A DNA stretch of 64,000 nt from Epiperipatus broadwayi (Eukaryota > Animalia > Onychophora): assembly GCA_028023455.1 (NCBI GenBank), contig JAQFVV010000010.1, forward strand, positions 13,826,001 through 13,890,000, in the 5' to 3' direction. The notes beneath the pieces were generated by a model. The model searched no databases and was not told the origin of the DNA. It saw only the letters and a program-made list of their open reading frames with translations. Positions 25,178 through 38,930 of this stretch are shown here, one piece after another (the first letter of the stretch is position 1; the number at the start of each line of letters is the position of its first letter). Both the position numbers and the translations under genes were made by a program.

Positions 25178-26200
25178 GTATGTTGACACTTATATTTTGT
25201 ATGTATTTATTTTGAACAAGCTAAATATTAATTTATTCAATGAGAATTTGTAATTAAATTAACCACTACTTTCTGTATCAGTGTCTATTCATAAGATGAT
25301 CTTCTTAAGAAACATGCAAAAAATAATATATATCTATAATCTTTTTTCACATTTTGTTTTAATTAATTTCTGATCAATGCTATAATCAGTAAACAATCAA
25401 ATTCTGTGTTTCTTGATTTTTTTAGACTTGCTTTTATGACTAAAATTAACATAGCAAATAAAGATATCTATAATATAAATGTTATCAAAATTAAATAACA
25501 TTATATATGTGTAAAATTAAAAGTTTGTCATTGAAAATAGATTTTTCTGGGTTGTTTGTTGCATCATAGTTAATTTTGAGATTTTCCTTTGGAATTATAG
25601 ATATACATGCAGGTATATACATAGGTTTGGTTAATGTTTTATTCATTTAGTCTTCATGTCCAATATTTTCAATTTTTGCATACAAATTTATGAATTTCCC
25701 CTTCAGTGATAAAATATTTCCAAATCTTTTTAAGTTTTAGGGAGATTTTCATGTGACTCTTGGATATAATGTTTGCTTTACATTTTTGGGAGTTTATAAT
25801 TCTTTCATTTTGTAACATGTAATTGTAAAATTTAGTTTCCGTTCTTTTTAGCAACCATGTTCAATAATATAAATAAGACAATTGTTTCTTTGCATTTATC
25901 ATGATATGATATTAAAATCTAATAGCAGAATGGTTTTTATATTTATAACAAGAAATGAATTGCTTGAAAATGAAATTAGTTTTTTCTGGCCAACTCTTTC
26001 AATGCATAATTTCTTTCTGCAGAAGAGAGGAAAAATCTTGGAATTAATTCATTCTTTAAAATGTGTTTCAGTGATTAATTTTGTTCTAAAGAAGAGAGAA
26101 AAATATATTGAATTATCTTCTTTGTTATAATAAATATCCCCTTGAATCAAAAAGAATAGTGCTATTGATGTTTTATATTTTTAACAATATATAAAGACTT

Positions 26201-26690
26201 CCAACAAAAGAGCTATTATGGGTTTATGAGAAAAACTTGTTTAACCTCAGGAATTGTTAATTAGTAGTAATTGATAATTTCTTAATAATGTCAAAAGTAA
26301 AGTTTATCTCTAATGGATATTATCTCCTCATTTCTATTCTAAAAAACAATCCGTATAAACATTTAATTCAACATATACAACTCTGAAGAAGTTTTAAAAA
26401 TTATTTGCAGAATGTCAAGAAAGATGTTATTCTTTCACATTCTCACACCTATAAAAATAGCTTTTTGGGTTTAAATCCGTATAAGAACTTAGGCTTGAAG
26501 CAAAGGAGGACCTCTTTTACTTCAAGTACTCCCAATAAAAGAGCTATTATAGATTTATGAGAAAAAGTTGATTAGCCTAATTTTTTAGTATCATCAAAAA
26601 TTAAAGTTTATCTCTATTTAATGGATATTATCTCATTTCTATTCATTATTATAACAACAATCCATAGAAACATTTAATATACATATTTGA
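26201..26690. repeat. Old tandem duplication, period ~331 bp
   Basis: CCAA(C/T)AAAAGAGCTATTAT.G.TTTATGAGAAAAA...AAAGTTTATCTCTA..TAATGGATATTATCTC..CATTTCTATTC repeated at ~26201 and ~26532. Confidence 0.7.
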
Positions 26691-28747
26691 TTATATATAA
26701 TTGATTATATAATAGATAAATGCATTTGTTTTGCGAAATTATTTCTTTTTTATTTGGTAGTTCTACAAATTAGATTCTTAGTCTCATTTCAATATATTAA
26801 TGTATTTTTTCTATTCTCTTTATTTTTTAATGTAAGTATATTAAATTAAGTAAAAAATATTATTTTAGTAAATCTTAAATCATATTAAAATAATTAAAAT
26901 CTGATAGCCATGAAAATTTTAAATGTCCTGTAATTTTATCTCAGTAGCAGAAAATGTTGAATTATAGAGAGCTAAATTAATGGTATTTTTTGTGTGTGTT
27001 CAATATAAAAGTAATGTTTAAACATTCTATGCTACTATTTTAGTAATTCTGTGAAGTAATTAAATAATACATGAAATATATATAGATTTGCTTAAGATAA
27101 TCAATATTTGCATACTTTTTCATGTAAGAACTTGTTTCAAAAATAAAATTCACCTTTGTTTTAAATAAAAAAAAGTTTTTACAATTCCACTTTGCATTAC
27201 ATATATTTTTTCATTTTTATTTGAAATTGGACATTTATTTAATGAAAACTTAACAATGTTCAGATATTTTTTTAATATCTTTCTTGCTCTTTTTTTTTTT
27301 TTTTTAATTTTCAGTAATTTTTACATAAGTTATGTCATCAATTTATGTCTTGAAATATCTTATATATATAATCCCTATTTTCTCTATTGTCTGATCGGTG
27401 AATATATGAATGTTTTTTCATAACAGTGTCATGTATCAAATTCTCAATGAGGTGTATTTTTCAACAAAAAAAATTATTTTTTTGCCTCAAAAAATTTGAT
27501 TCAGCTACTCCAAATTCAAATAATTCACACATATTTTAACTAACAAGATCACTGGAGGCATAATAATTGCTTGTTAAATTAAATATTAATTTAATTTTCA
27601 TTGAGTATTTCATTATTTATTTTTATTTGACTTATCCCATGCACTTAGTAATTAAAATGTCAAAAGTTAAACCAGTCATTAAATTAAGTTCACTAATTCT
27701 TAATTAAATTACTAACCAAAATTAAATTACAAATTTACTACAATGGTTTCCCTGCAAGTTAGACTTCTCAAATACAAAATAATACAACAAAAACAAACAT
27801 CCTACCTTCTCGTAATTACAATTCAAGTTCCAATTATTTTTAATATCAGGAAAATTAATTATTCAGAATAGGTTTAATAATAATTTAATTATTAAAAAAA
27901 AACATTACAGATATTTTATCAAAGTCCAATTTAGTAAGCAGTTAAAACACTAATATAAAACTATAAAGTCAAAATAGTATATACTCTATGCAATTTATTA
28001 CATATAGTTTATAATCCATTTTGCTTTCATTCCACATTATGTTTCTTATAGATGATATTCAAATCCATAGAGGGAAAAAATGTATTTTTCTAGCTTAATA
28101 GTAGTTATTTAGTAAAATCCTACATAATCAGTCAAAGAATTATAACAGTATCAACTTAATTATATATAATCATAAGCCAAGGCCAATTATTTAATTATAA
28201 TATTATTTTTTATTGATAAAGTCAATGCACAAAGTGTTCTATCATGAAGTATTTAACTAAAAACTCAATATTTCTCTTCCACTTTGGCAGTGAATAGATT
28301 TCAACTATATTCTGTCTTGATTTCATCATAACATTCGTGTTTCTTCAAATGAATGATACTTCATTCCAAACATTGCTTTTTCAAAAAAAAAAAATCAATC
28401 TTATTGTTTTTTTACCCCCTATTCCTAGCATTTTGCTGATTTGGTATTTTTCCAAATATTCTGTTTTTAAGAAATAACAATTCTCAAAAACTAATAATAA
28501 TTATTAATCAAATGTAAGACTAAAAGAATACAGTACAAACCAATTCATATATTTTTTTTCCAAATTCTAGAATAATAATTAAAAACGTATAATCAAAACA
28601 AATTTAATTACTCTTCCAAATAAAAAAATACATTATATCTCATTGTTTAGCAATTTTTAGTTTTAATACTTTCTAAATAAAACTACATATTTTTTATTCT
28701 AAATATATTGATTGATCTTGATCTAATGAAAATTATTTTATTTTTAG

Positions 28748-28866
28748 CTCCATGGGTCAGTGAAGCTCAGATTGTATTAAGGGGCCACAGGTCGATAGTC
28801 AATCAAGTGCGATTTGATCCAAAGCATTTTCTTGTAGTATCTTCAGGTGTTGAAAAAGTTGTAAAG
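28748..28866 (+). CDS. DCAF5: DCAF5 coding exon (last WD40 repeat)
   Basis: TTTTTAG acceptor, GTAAAT donor. (T)PWVSEAQIVLRGHRSIVNQVRFDPKHFLVVSSGVEKVVK; GHRSIVNQVRF and SSGVEK are DCAF5 signatures. 119 nt. Confidence 0.96.
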
Positions 28867-30029
28867 GTAAATTTTTTGTTTTAATATTTAATAATACATT
28901 TACTTTCAGAAGTGAATTACAAATATTTTTAAATGTTTTTAACCATATTATCATAAAATGACTTGGGCATTATATTCGTTGTGTGGATTTATAAAGTTAT
29001 TAATATTTATAATGCTAAAATTATTACCAAGAATCATGTTTATATTTTATGTTAAAAATCTCCTAAATATATTTTATAATTTTTGGAATATATTATAGTA
29101 TGTAAGCTCAACTCATCTTAAAATCATAGTACTTATTATGTAAAAAAAATGCATATTGTGATTTTAGCTTTTTGTAGACTAAGAGACAATCGTAATTTAA
29201 TTTTGGAAGTTCTTGGTAGTCCTTTTATTTTTACGCATAGATAGTCACTTATAACTAAATATAAATGTATATATCTTTCGTGCTATTTTTTCTTTTGCTA
29301 TATTCCAAGTCACTAAATTGATATTAGTTTTAAAGTTCATGATTGGGGCCTGCATTCTTTTTTTCATCTATTCTCCATAGTTTGTCTCTCTTTATAAGTT
29401 AATGTAGAGATCCAGGATGAATTCTATGTTATCTTTTTTAATTACTAATATACAAAACTGTCATATAGATGATGAGAAGTATATTACTACTAAAATCCTG
29501 TCCAAACTATAGAGATGGGTAGTAAAGCTATATCGTGCTGCAGTAAGTGGGATAACTGCGAATGGTGGCCTAAATGCATCATTGAGGTTGACAAAGTTGC
29601 AGAGATTAGTGGGTCCCTAAATTTGCAGATTCATGTCTGCAAGGGACGACAACACCCCTGCAATGCAAAGAGTGACGTGATGCACCTGACAAACCTTGGT
29701 TTTAATCATCTAATAGCCAGGGTGCCATGAATAAAGCAGTTTAGCTACACAATAATTGACAATTGGGGATCCCATGGAATCTAGTTAACAGCACAGGGGT
29801 AGACCGGTGCAGACAAAAGCACAGGACTGAATACGACCAGGTCCCTTGTGTGAGCAAAGCATGCAGCGGGACACCTATGAATCCTTAATTTCAAGTAATT
29901 TATGTACCATAATTCATGTACTTTTCAAAATAAATTTATTTTTTAATAAAAATAAAAAAAAGGATGCTTAATTTTACTTATAGTAAATAATTATTATCAT
30001 CAACAGTCATTCACAAACAATTATAGCTA

Positions 30030-32480
30030 TTTCAACTTTAAGGGGAGGAAAGGCAAAATAATAATACTCTAGAAGTGAGTTTTGTGATGACTTTACAGAA
30101 CAAATATATCCACATGTAGAATATAGCCATCCACAATTCTGTTTTATACTTTGTAATACTGTTTTCTGCAGCAATTTTTTTTCTCTGAAAGAGTTTATTA
30201 TGTATTCTATCTTTAGGCAGCACATCTTGCCAATAAAAGCAATCAACATTGCATTTCGCTAGAATGTCTGTACGATGATCTTTATATTGTAAATGGAATC
30301 TGCTTTTCCCATAAAACCATACACAAGTTCACTATTGTTTATTTACTCACATCGTTAATCCAATGAAATATATAATTTTACACTAGTGAATTTATAGTAT
30401 CGTATCGAGCAAAGTGAAGAACGTATGTTGTGTTAATTGGTCTTTTAATCTCTCCATTGTATTTTTAGAATTTTATGGAGCATCTTTAAATTAAATTTTT
30501 TTAATGCTTTTATGTTATTGGTAGAATGTCTCAAGTTTTATTTCCATACAATAATGGCTTTATATGCAACGAATTTAGTTACAGAATTTACTTCATTGTC
30601 ATGAATCTTAATTATATTGGAATCTATGCTTCATCTCAACAGGTTCATTTCTCTATTTTAAAAAGCTATCAAAAAATATTTAAATTAGCTTTACAATCTC
30701 AAATTGGTAACCACCCATACAAAAAGTTAAGATTTTTTTTTTTTCCATCACTATTTTGATAAAGGACTTGAATCTTTTTGAATATTAATTCCTAAATCAA
30801 GGGTTTTGTATGCTGTATTCAAAACATTAAATACTTTTTGTAGATCGTATTTCAAATTGGCAAGAGAAACACACAATCATCAGCATACGATAAATTCAGA
30901 ATTCAAGGAAATGAAGATCTTGTTTTTGCTTTTAATAAATTCATATTAAAAATTACACTATCAAACTTGTACTTCAGCTTGATACTTAATTCATTAAGTC
31001 GTCTATAAATAATTCAATGACTATTGTGATAAAAATTGAAAGCAGTATTGGAGCAAGTAAAAATATCCTTGATTAACACCAGTTTTCATCTTAAATGCCT
31101 CTGATTTTCTATCTACAATATTAACACTATGTATTAATCCTTTTTTTCATTCTATCATGTAGAACCTGTATAATACAAGTAAACTTTGATGAACAACTAA
31201 TTCATTTCAAATAGTGCCATGTGACCAAATCAGTGACACTGATGTATAAATCATTCTTTTGTTCTTGACATTTTTCTTGTATTAATCTTTAAAACCATAT
31301 TGAAACTCCAGTAACTATTTATAATTAAAAAACAGCCTTTTCAAAAAAATCCGTGAAATGTTTTTGTTGTAGTGGGTAATAATTATATTCAACAAAAATT
31401 ATTGCAGCGGTCCTGTTTACTTCTTTAATTCAGATGGCATGACTTCATGATTCTTATATTTTTAAAAAATTCTGATAATTTTGGAGCTAAAATATATTTA
31501 TCGTTATATTTTAAAATTTTTCCAGATATTTCATCCGTTCCTGTAGCTATTCCATTCTTAAGAGTACAAAGAGTTGTTTCACTTCACTAAGCTGTATGTC
31601 TTTCCAAATCTAAATGAGTGGATAATATGAATGTATCGTTAAAAGTTTTCAACTCAGTTTTTATGACTCTACTCAAAAAATGATTAAAACAAAATACTTC
31701 TTCATTTGTTTGAATTATCATTATCAGCATTTAATAGAATATCATTGATTGATATAGTAGGATTAAAATTTTTCATTGTATAAAATACGTTTACAGTGAC
31801 CATGATCAGCGAAGGTCTGTATCTTCTTTGCTGCTTCAATCCGTCAATTATTTTTAGGCCTCATTTCTATTGTTGAACTTCTTTCTCTTAAATTTCAATA
31901 TTGGTTATGAAACTACATACAATTTATTATACAGCGCAACAGGAAATGCTGCACATTTCCTTTTAATCAAGTCACCAACGAAAGGAGTACTGTAAGAAAA
32001 CTAGTTATGATCATTTTTCTAATAAGCCCAAGAGTTGTATCCTTAACATCCTTTTTAAGTCAATTCCATGCCCCAGTAGTGTAAGAATCCTGAATTTTCA
32101 ATTGAACAATTTTGTGTTTAATAGCTGTTGAAATTCAGCACTGATAGTTTAAATGCTTCTAAAGCAATAACATTAATTTTCCCTTGAATGTGATTGGAAT
32201 ATGACTTATTTTTTAATGCAACTATCATTTTAACTTTGGAGCATACTAATCTGGTTTGTCTAACAATCTATTTGAAATGCTCATATAATATGACCTTTTC
32301 TTATATTCTGATTTGTAATGTCGTTTAATAAATCCATTATTTTAAGCATGGCTACTTTCATGATCCTTTAGAATGATTTTTCTGCTCAAACAAAATGCTT
32401 GTGATAAAACAGTCAAATTATTGACATGACAAATGTAATATTCCTTCTCTTCAAAAGTGAATATGATCCATGTCTGAACT
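30030..32480 (-). mobile_element. Degenerate RTE-like LINE (RT through C-terminal region)
   Basis: Minus-strand remnants KNGIATGTDEISGKILK (RT domain 0), IQEKCQEQ..DLYI..TDL, and a C-terminal TCGYICSVKS. Same family as 400-1170; ends approximate. Confidence 0.7.
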
Positions 32481-33099
32481 CTAGAAAATTAAAGAAATAT
32501 ACTCTATATTATAAAAAAATAAATATATGGAAATGGCAATTTTCAGTTCACCCTATCTGTAATTAAAGAATACGATTCGCAAAATATAATATACTGTTAA
32601 CATGAAATGTATAAAAAAAGTTTCATTTTTCTAAAAATCACTTTCTATATCAAAGATTTGAAATAAAATTAGATTTGTATAGTATGGAAAGTTTGCCACA
32701 AACATATTAATAAAAGTAATAATAATATTAATTATTGTCCTAATAGTTATTCTTATAAGTAAGAACAATACAATAAATTTTATATTAATTTAACTTTAAG
32801 GCATCGTTTGACAAATGTTAATAAGTAGCACTTAAATAATTTTTTCATAATTGTTCTCTTTATCAATCTCCAAAGCTTTTCTTTCTCACAGAAAAACTTA
32901 TGTCAATATCTATAAATAAATAAATTATTTTTTATAAATTCAGAAGAAAAAAAGTTATTTTATTATCTCCTTTATATATTTAGGCTGGGATTAATTTGCT
33001 TTAAAATAAATTCAATATTTTTAGTATTTTCTTTTTTTTTTCATAAAATGTGTAAAACTTTTTTAATAGTTATTTTACAAATTATAATCTAAGCATAAT

Positions 33100-33301
33100 T
33101 ATAAATAGTCAAAATAAGAATCATAGATCACATGACCCTATCTCTTAAGCTTGTAAGTTATAAACAATGAGGATTGCCAATTCCTCAACAAGCTTTGTGA
33201 TAAATGCTTAGCTAGAGAAAGCATTTAAAATATCTCTGTCAGGATCCCCCTCCCCAAACCTGTGACCATGGTTTCATGCTTTGGCACTTCTTAGAGAGGT
33301 G
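33100..33301 (-). mobile_element. Decayed truncated copy of retrozyme family 1
   Basis: Clear alignment to 1659-1838/1231-1434. The hammerhead core reads CUAAGAA instead of CUGAGGA. Confidence 0.85.
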
Positions 33302-33693
33302 CATAATCATATTTCCTTAATATTAAAATATTTTACTGTTCAATAATTCAAATTTTCACTATGACTTGATTAAAAATCATTTTTGTTTTTTTTACTTTCT
33401 ATTCTTTACAAAATACTCTTAAGTCTGCTATATTTTTGCAATACATATATATATTAGAAGACAAGGAGAACTAACTACTGCCTTTAAAAATCCTGAATAT
33501 TAAATATATATATATTATATCTTTGAAAGAGGTTGCTACTTTTATCTCTGTTTAATTGCCCCCCCCCCCAATTACAATTAAATTTGTATTTTAGGCACAT
33601 ACATCCCTAAACAATAAAAGAATATATATTTGTAAATAAAAATTATCTAAATCAAAGTATGTCAGACTGTATATAACGACATGATTCTTAGAA

Positions 33694-35965
33694 TATATAA
33701 ATACAATTTATCCAAACCACTTCGAACACTTTTTAGCAAAACCCTTTATTTGTCCTGCAGTCTTCTTCAGAGTTATGATGTAATGAACAAAATAAAATAC
33801 AGTACATAATTATATAAATAATACCATAAAAAATATAAACAACAAAAAACTAAACTGAAAACAAGATAAACTATATAAAAAAATAAAATATACAATATAA
33901 ATAGAAAATAAATAAATTATACATGTGTATTTCTAACTGTATACATATATATTCAAAAATAACTATTAATCTAAATATATTATTTATTTTTATTATTATT
34001 AACAATCTCCTAAATATTTTTATTCTTTATAAACTTAAACTTTATGGTTATTAACTAATATTCTTTTAATTTTAAATCATATAATATCTATTACTTCTTT
34101 ACTCATTCTTCTGTTAAAAATAATATTTTATAATTATTATAATCTTTGAACTTAGCCAGTTCACAAAAACGTTTTGTTTTTTTCAAAAAAATTATCTTAT
34201 ACCCTAGCTCCGTCTATTACATATTATTTAAACTAAATATATACTTCCTAAAACTTTTTATTTATATATTTTTATATTATACTACTTTATATGTAAATAT
34301 TATGCTAAGTTTTCTTCTAATCTATAAATATACCCATGTTTATACTTCTATTTAACTTAACTGTTTTTTATAACTCATAATTCATTTATAAACAATTTTC
34401 TCTTTATATATTTCCCTCCATATATCTTATTTAATAACTATATCTATACCAATCTCATCCTAATCCCTATTAAATTTTGCTTTTATCTTTTTTATTAGTA
34501 TTGCTTCTTTTATTATCCTTTCTTTAATATTTTCTGTATGTAACCTCATTTTTATTGAACTTTGTGTAAATTTGTGTCCTGTTTTTTTCATATATATATA
34601 TCGATGATTTATTATCTGACATATGTTGTTTTAATCTGGTTTTTATAGATTTTTTTATTTGTCCCACATATTTGTTTTATCAATCCCACTATCTAGACAT
34701 TGTTTGCATTTTATCACATATACTCTATTAATTATTTCTTTATTATATCCTATGTGTTTGTCATCTATCAAATTTAATGTGTTTTCTCTTTTTTTATTAA
34801 CTATTTTTGTAGTAGTTATTTTTTCACATTTTTTATTAATCTTCTTTATAATTTTGTTAAACTTATTCACTATAATATTATTATTTGTTTTTATTCCTAT
34901 ATATCTGTTTTCACCTTTTTTTCCTCACTCTTTTCATTTTTATTTATCTTATACTCTATTTTTTTAATACTTTTCTTAATTATATCTACAGGGAAACCAC
35001 TCATTTTTAACTCATTGATTATTAAATCTTTTTGTTTAATATAGTCTTCTTTCCTTGAACAATACATTGCAGCCCTGTATATTTTTGAATGCATACAACT
35101 AATTTTATATGTATGGAGATAAATATATAAATATATGTATATATAAATATGGAGGTAAATATATAAAGAGAAAATTGTTTATAAATGAATTATGTGTTGT
35201 AAAAAATGGTTAAGTTAAATAGGAGTATAAACATGGGTATATTTATAGATGTTACATATTAGAAAAAAAACTTAGCATAATATTTACATATAAAGCAGTA
35301 TAATATAAATTTATGAGAATTATATAATAATAATAAAAATTAAAGTGTATAAAATAAAAAAATATATATAAAGAGCCATGGGAATATATATATTTAGTTT
35401 AAATAATATGTAATAGAGAAAGCTAAGGCATAAGATAATTTTTTGAAGAAAAAAAAACATTTTTTTAAGAAATTAAAGTGAAACGGGTTAAGTTCAAAGG
35501 TTATAATGTTTATAGATTTTAGATATTAAAAAATAATAATAAATATAAAATATTATTTTTAACAGAAGAATGAAAACAATATTAGTTAATAACCATAAAG
35601 TTTAAGATTATAAAGAATAGAAATAATTAGGAGAATGTTAATAATAATAAAAATGAATAATATATTTAGATTAATAGTTATTTTTGAATATATATGTATA
35701 CAGTTAGGAATACACATGTATAATTTATATTTATTTTTTATTTATATTGTAATTTTATTTTATATTAATTGGATTATTTTATTTGGGTTTGATTATTTAT
35801 TTCTGTTTTATTAGTTTTTTTTATATATTTTATATTGTTTTTAGTTTAGTTTTTTATTGTTTACACTTTTATGGTATTATTTATATAGTTATGTATATAT
35901 ATGTACAAATAAAGGGTTTTGCTAAAAAGTGTTCGAAGAGGGTTTGGATAAATTGTATTTATATA
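33694..35965 (-). mobile_element. Penelope-like relic with ~730-820-bp inverted arms
   Basis: Arms ~33694-34423 and ~35146-35965 are diverged reverse complements. The central minus-strand remnants are KIYRAAMYCSRKEDY..ELKMSGFPVDIIKKSI (PLE thumb/linker) and RVYVIKCKQC / KYVGQIKKSIKTRLKQH (GIY-YIG). A half-HHR (CTGAAGAAGACTGCAG) lies at 33770-33755. Confidence 0.8.
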
Positions 35966-36099
35966 AGATATTATAGGAAAATAAAGAAAAGAGTGAATTT
36001 GGTAATATTTTAGATTCTTAGAATGATAGTTGCTTTAAGATTTATTCACAGCTCATTCATTGTGATGATAATTGAATGGTTTCGTTTCTGTTCTGATTA

Positions 36100-37250
36100 T
36101 TCTGTGTTTCTTTTACTTCAATTTTTTTTTTTTTTGTAAGATAAGATTAATTAAAATAAAATAAGTTCAATTAGATCATGCTTTACCTAAACAATTAAGC
36201 CTGTTCTGATCACAGTTCTATTTGATGTGTTTTTTTCACTTAATGTTTTACTATCCTCTCTTTTATTTTATTTTGTCTAACTTTCCTTGGGGGGTATTTT
36301 TTATGTCAGAAGAATGATCTATTTTAGATTATTAATGAAATTATCAAATGCTGATCTGATGCATATTTTTTTACAGCGGTATTTTTATTTATTAATGATT
36401 TATCCAAAGAAGCAAACTGACGATTCATGTATCTTGTGAATTTAAAGTCATCTACTATTTTTATATGTTCCATTATTATTTTTTTTATCTTTGCATCTAG
36501 TTATATTTTGATTTTTCAGAGTTTCTATTTAATAGTTATATATTAGATAAAGTGCTGGGCTTGTCCTAGTATTTTTAATCTAATGATTGAATATCTTAGC
36601 ACCTCACTGAGGATGCCAGTAGCAGAAACCAGTCTGAGGTTGGGGGGTATTCTTCAATCTTATTAAGAGTTTGTTTTACAAGCTCTATATATAATATTTG
36701 CCATTTCTGTTTGATTTTTTCTGAAATTAATAATACTTGAGTTTACTTATTCAAGTCTGAAACTTTTTGTTAATTTCATAAGTTCTCTGAAAGATAATTC
36801 TTGGCTTTGTGTTAACATTGTCTTTTTTTTTTTTTACTTCTTCTTCTGTTAGCTTTTTGGAATTCCCTTATTTTTAATTTCTCTCCTAAAATATATAACC
36901 AAATATTACAAATTATATTGTAATCGATGTCTATATTTAAAAAACTAATCATATACTGGCTTCTGATATAGATTTATCAATGTTGGAAATATCACACATC
37001 TTTTTTTTAATATTCTAATATTTTACATTTATAGCTTTGTCATGGGTAAAAGGTAAGTATTTACATCAGATGATATGTATGTGCAGAATGAACTAAATGT
37101 TTTTAATATTTTTTATCTAATGTTATACACATTTGAGACATAAGTTTTACAAAGTTTATAATAAATTCTTTGCATTGTTCACTTTTAGATTATGGTACAT
37201 TTATTTAGAAATTTAGTTTTGATTTTCCTGATCTTTCTTTTCTCATGAAG
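36100..37250 (-). mobile_element. Possible PLE N-terminal ORF relic
   Basis: Weak minus-strand remnants (EMANIIYRACKTN...EEYPPNL; IETLKNQNI) resemble the pre-RT region of PLEs. Highly degenerate. Confidence 0.35.
36601..36640 (+). ncRNA. Minimal type I hammerhead motif (sense to DCAF5)
   Basis: ACCUCA CUGAGGA UGC-CAGUA-GCA GAAA C-CA-G UC / UGAGGU. Perfect 6-bp stem I, intact core, 3-bp stem II, very short stem III. The upstream ~55 nt align with the family 1 sequence upstream of its HHR. Confidence 0.75.
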
Positions 37251-38002
37251 TGATAAGTCATAATATCTAACATATACACAATTTCTTTATTTATAATTGA
37301 AGCGAATCATAAAAAACCAACAAATAAGATTAAGCATATAGATAGCAAAGTTAAAATTCAACAATAGAAGGCACATTATATTGCAGTCATATTTTTGCTT
37401 ATATGGTCAGTATATATACATACCTAATCTAACTTTTTTTCAGTCACCATCATTATTATTTTAGTAGGACAATTTATTGAACTCCTGCAACAAAAAGTTT
37501 TAAATGGAACTTATTTAATATCTTTTTTTAATTTGTAAGGATTTTTGTTTTATATTTTTTATATTAATGCCAACTTCTAAGCTTAGTAATTAAAATTGTG
37601 CAATATACTACAGAAATCGTTTTAGGAAGAAAAAAACAATAACTTTAGTAATTTAAGTTTACTTTTTAATTTCTAGCATATATATACGTGTATGTGTGTA
37701 ACATCACCTTCGGAAAAAAATCAGAGACACCATGTAGATTTTTAAATAACCAAACATTTAAGTTACTTCCCATTTGGAAGAATCTTCCAAAATCTCATTA
37801 ATCAAAACAATTGTTTGATTTTAGATCAGATTATCCACCTAATTTTCATTCCACTCCCATATTTTTTTTAAAAAAATATTTTTGAAGGTCTTTTATTCTT
37901 GTTCTATGCATTGCTCCTACAATGCTTTTTTAAAATAACCAGAATTCTATAAGAAGATGATGTCATTTTCATTTTATTTCTTGACTCGTGGAATTAAATT
38001 CA

Positions 38003-38101
38003 TTTTTTTTTTTTTCATATGTCATAGCATCGGCCGGGACGCGAACCCACAACCATCTGCAACCAACTACTTGCTTGCAAGGCTGCTGCGATGACCTCTC
38101 G
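38003..38101 (-). mobile_element. Short tRNA-derived SINE, copy 3
   Basis: Reverse complement nearly identical to copy 1 (CGAGAGGTCATCGCAGCAGCCTTGCAAGCAAG...GGGTTCGCGTCCCGGCCGATGCTATGACATATG-An). Confidence 0.88.
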
Positions 38102-38869
38102 TATTTATTTTAAAGAAATAATTAATGAATTTTTTTTTTTTTTAGAAATAAGTTTTTTAAAAACTAGTGAACAAATATATAGATCAGAGATAAAATTTAT
38201 TTTTTAATTCTTTAAAAGTTTCCCAAATGTACCTACATTTTATTTTATACTCCCATTTCTTCATTGTTATATACAGCATTTCAAATCAAATTTAAATATT
38301 GGAGCAGCCAACTTTCCCCATGCTTTTTGATAACTGTTGGTTTTAGACATTAAATGATTATTTCATATTCGATCTTAGATTATTCACTCACATTTGTTTT
38401 AAAATGAGTAAAAATTTTATTCCAATTATATGCTAGTATGAGATAGTGATCATGTGATGTTTATTCCATCAGGTGAAGGATAATGCATGGTTGGGTTGAA
38501 AAAGCCTTTTTTTTTTTTAATGTGTGAGATTGATTTATGATTCAGTCTTTATATCATTTATCAAACTGGTTTTCTCTATAAGAACATGAGATAGCATATA
38601 TAAATTATCATTTTCTGCAACTAGTTTGATAAAGAAATTGGTATATTAATAATAAGGAGCACTTAGAAACTGATTGTGTTAATATTATATATATAATCAG
38701 AGGTTTGATGAATTTGCACTGTCTCCAGGTATAATTAAAATTATACATGTATGTGTAGTATTATATTAGACTATTTCTATCAAGTAATTATATTGTTATA
38801 CTCAAAAATTCAAGTTTTATTTATACTTTTCCAAGTACATTTAATGCTAATAATAATATACAGATTACT

Positions 38870-38930
38870 CTTAAGCTACTGCCATTTTGAGGGATATTAT
38901 TTTCCTCTCAATTAGATGTTGCTGGCCTGA
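38870..38930 (-). mobile_element. Small relic of PLE terminal repeat (degenerate HHR region)
   Basis: Shares TCAGGCCAGCAACA and a decayed GAGAGG..AATA..CCCTCAAAA with the relic at 56760-56815 and the intact HHR at 63558-63604. Confidence 0.45.

Noticed and set aside
28861-28872. Tandem donors GTAAAG/GTAAAT allowing a 2-aa shorter exon
   Set aside because: The upstream site has a poor exonic context (GTT|GT) and would delete conserved WD40 residues; there is no transcript evidence.
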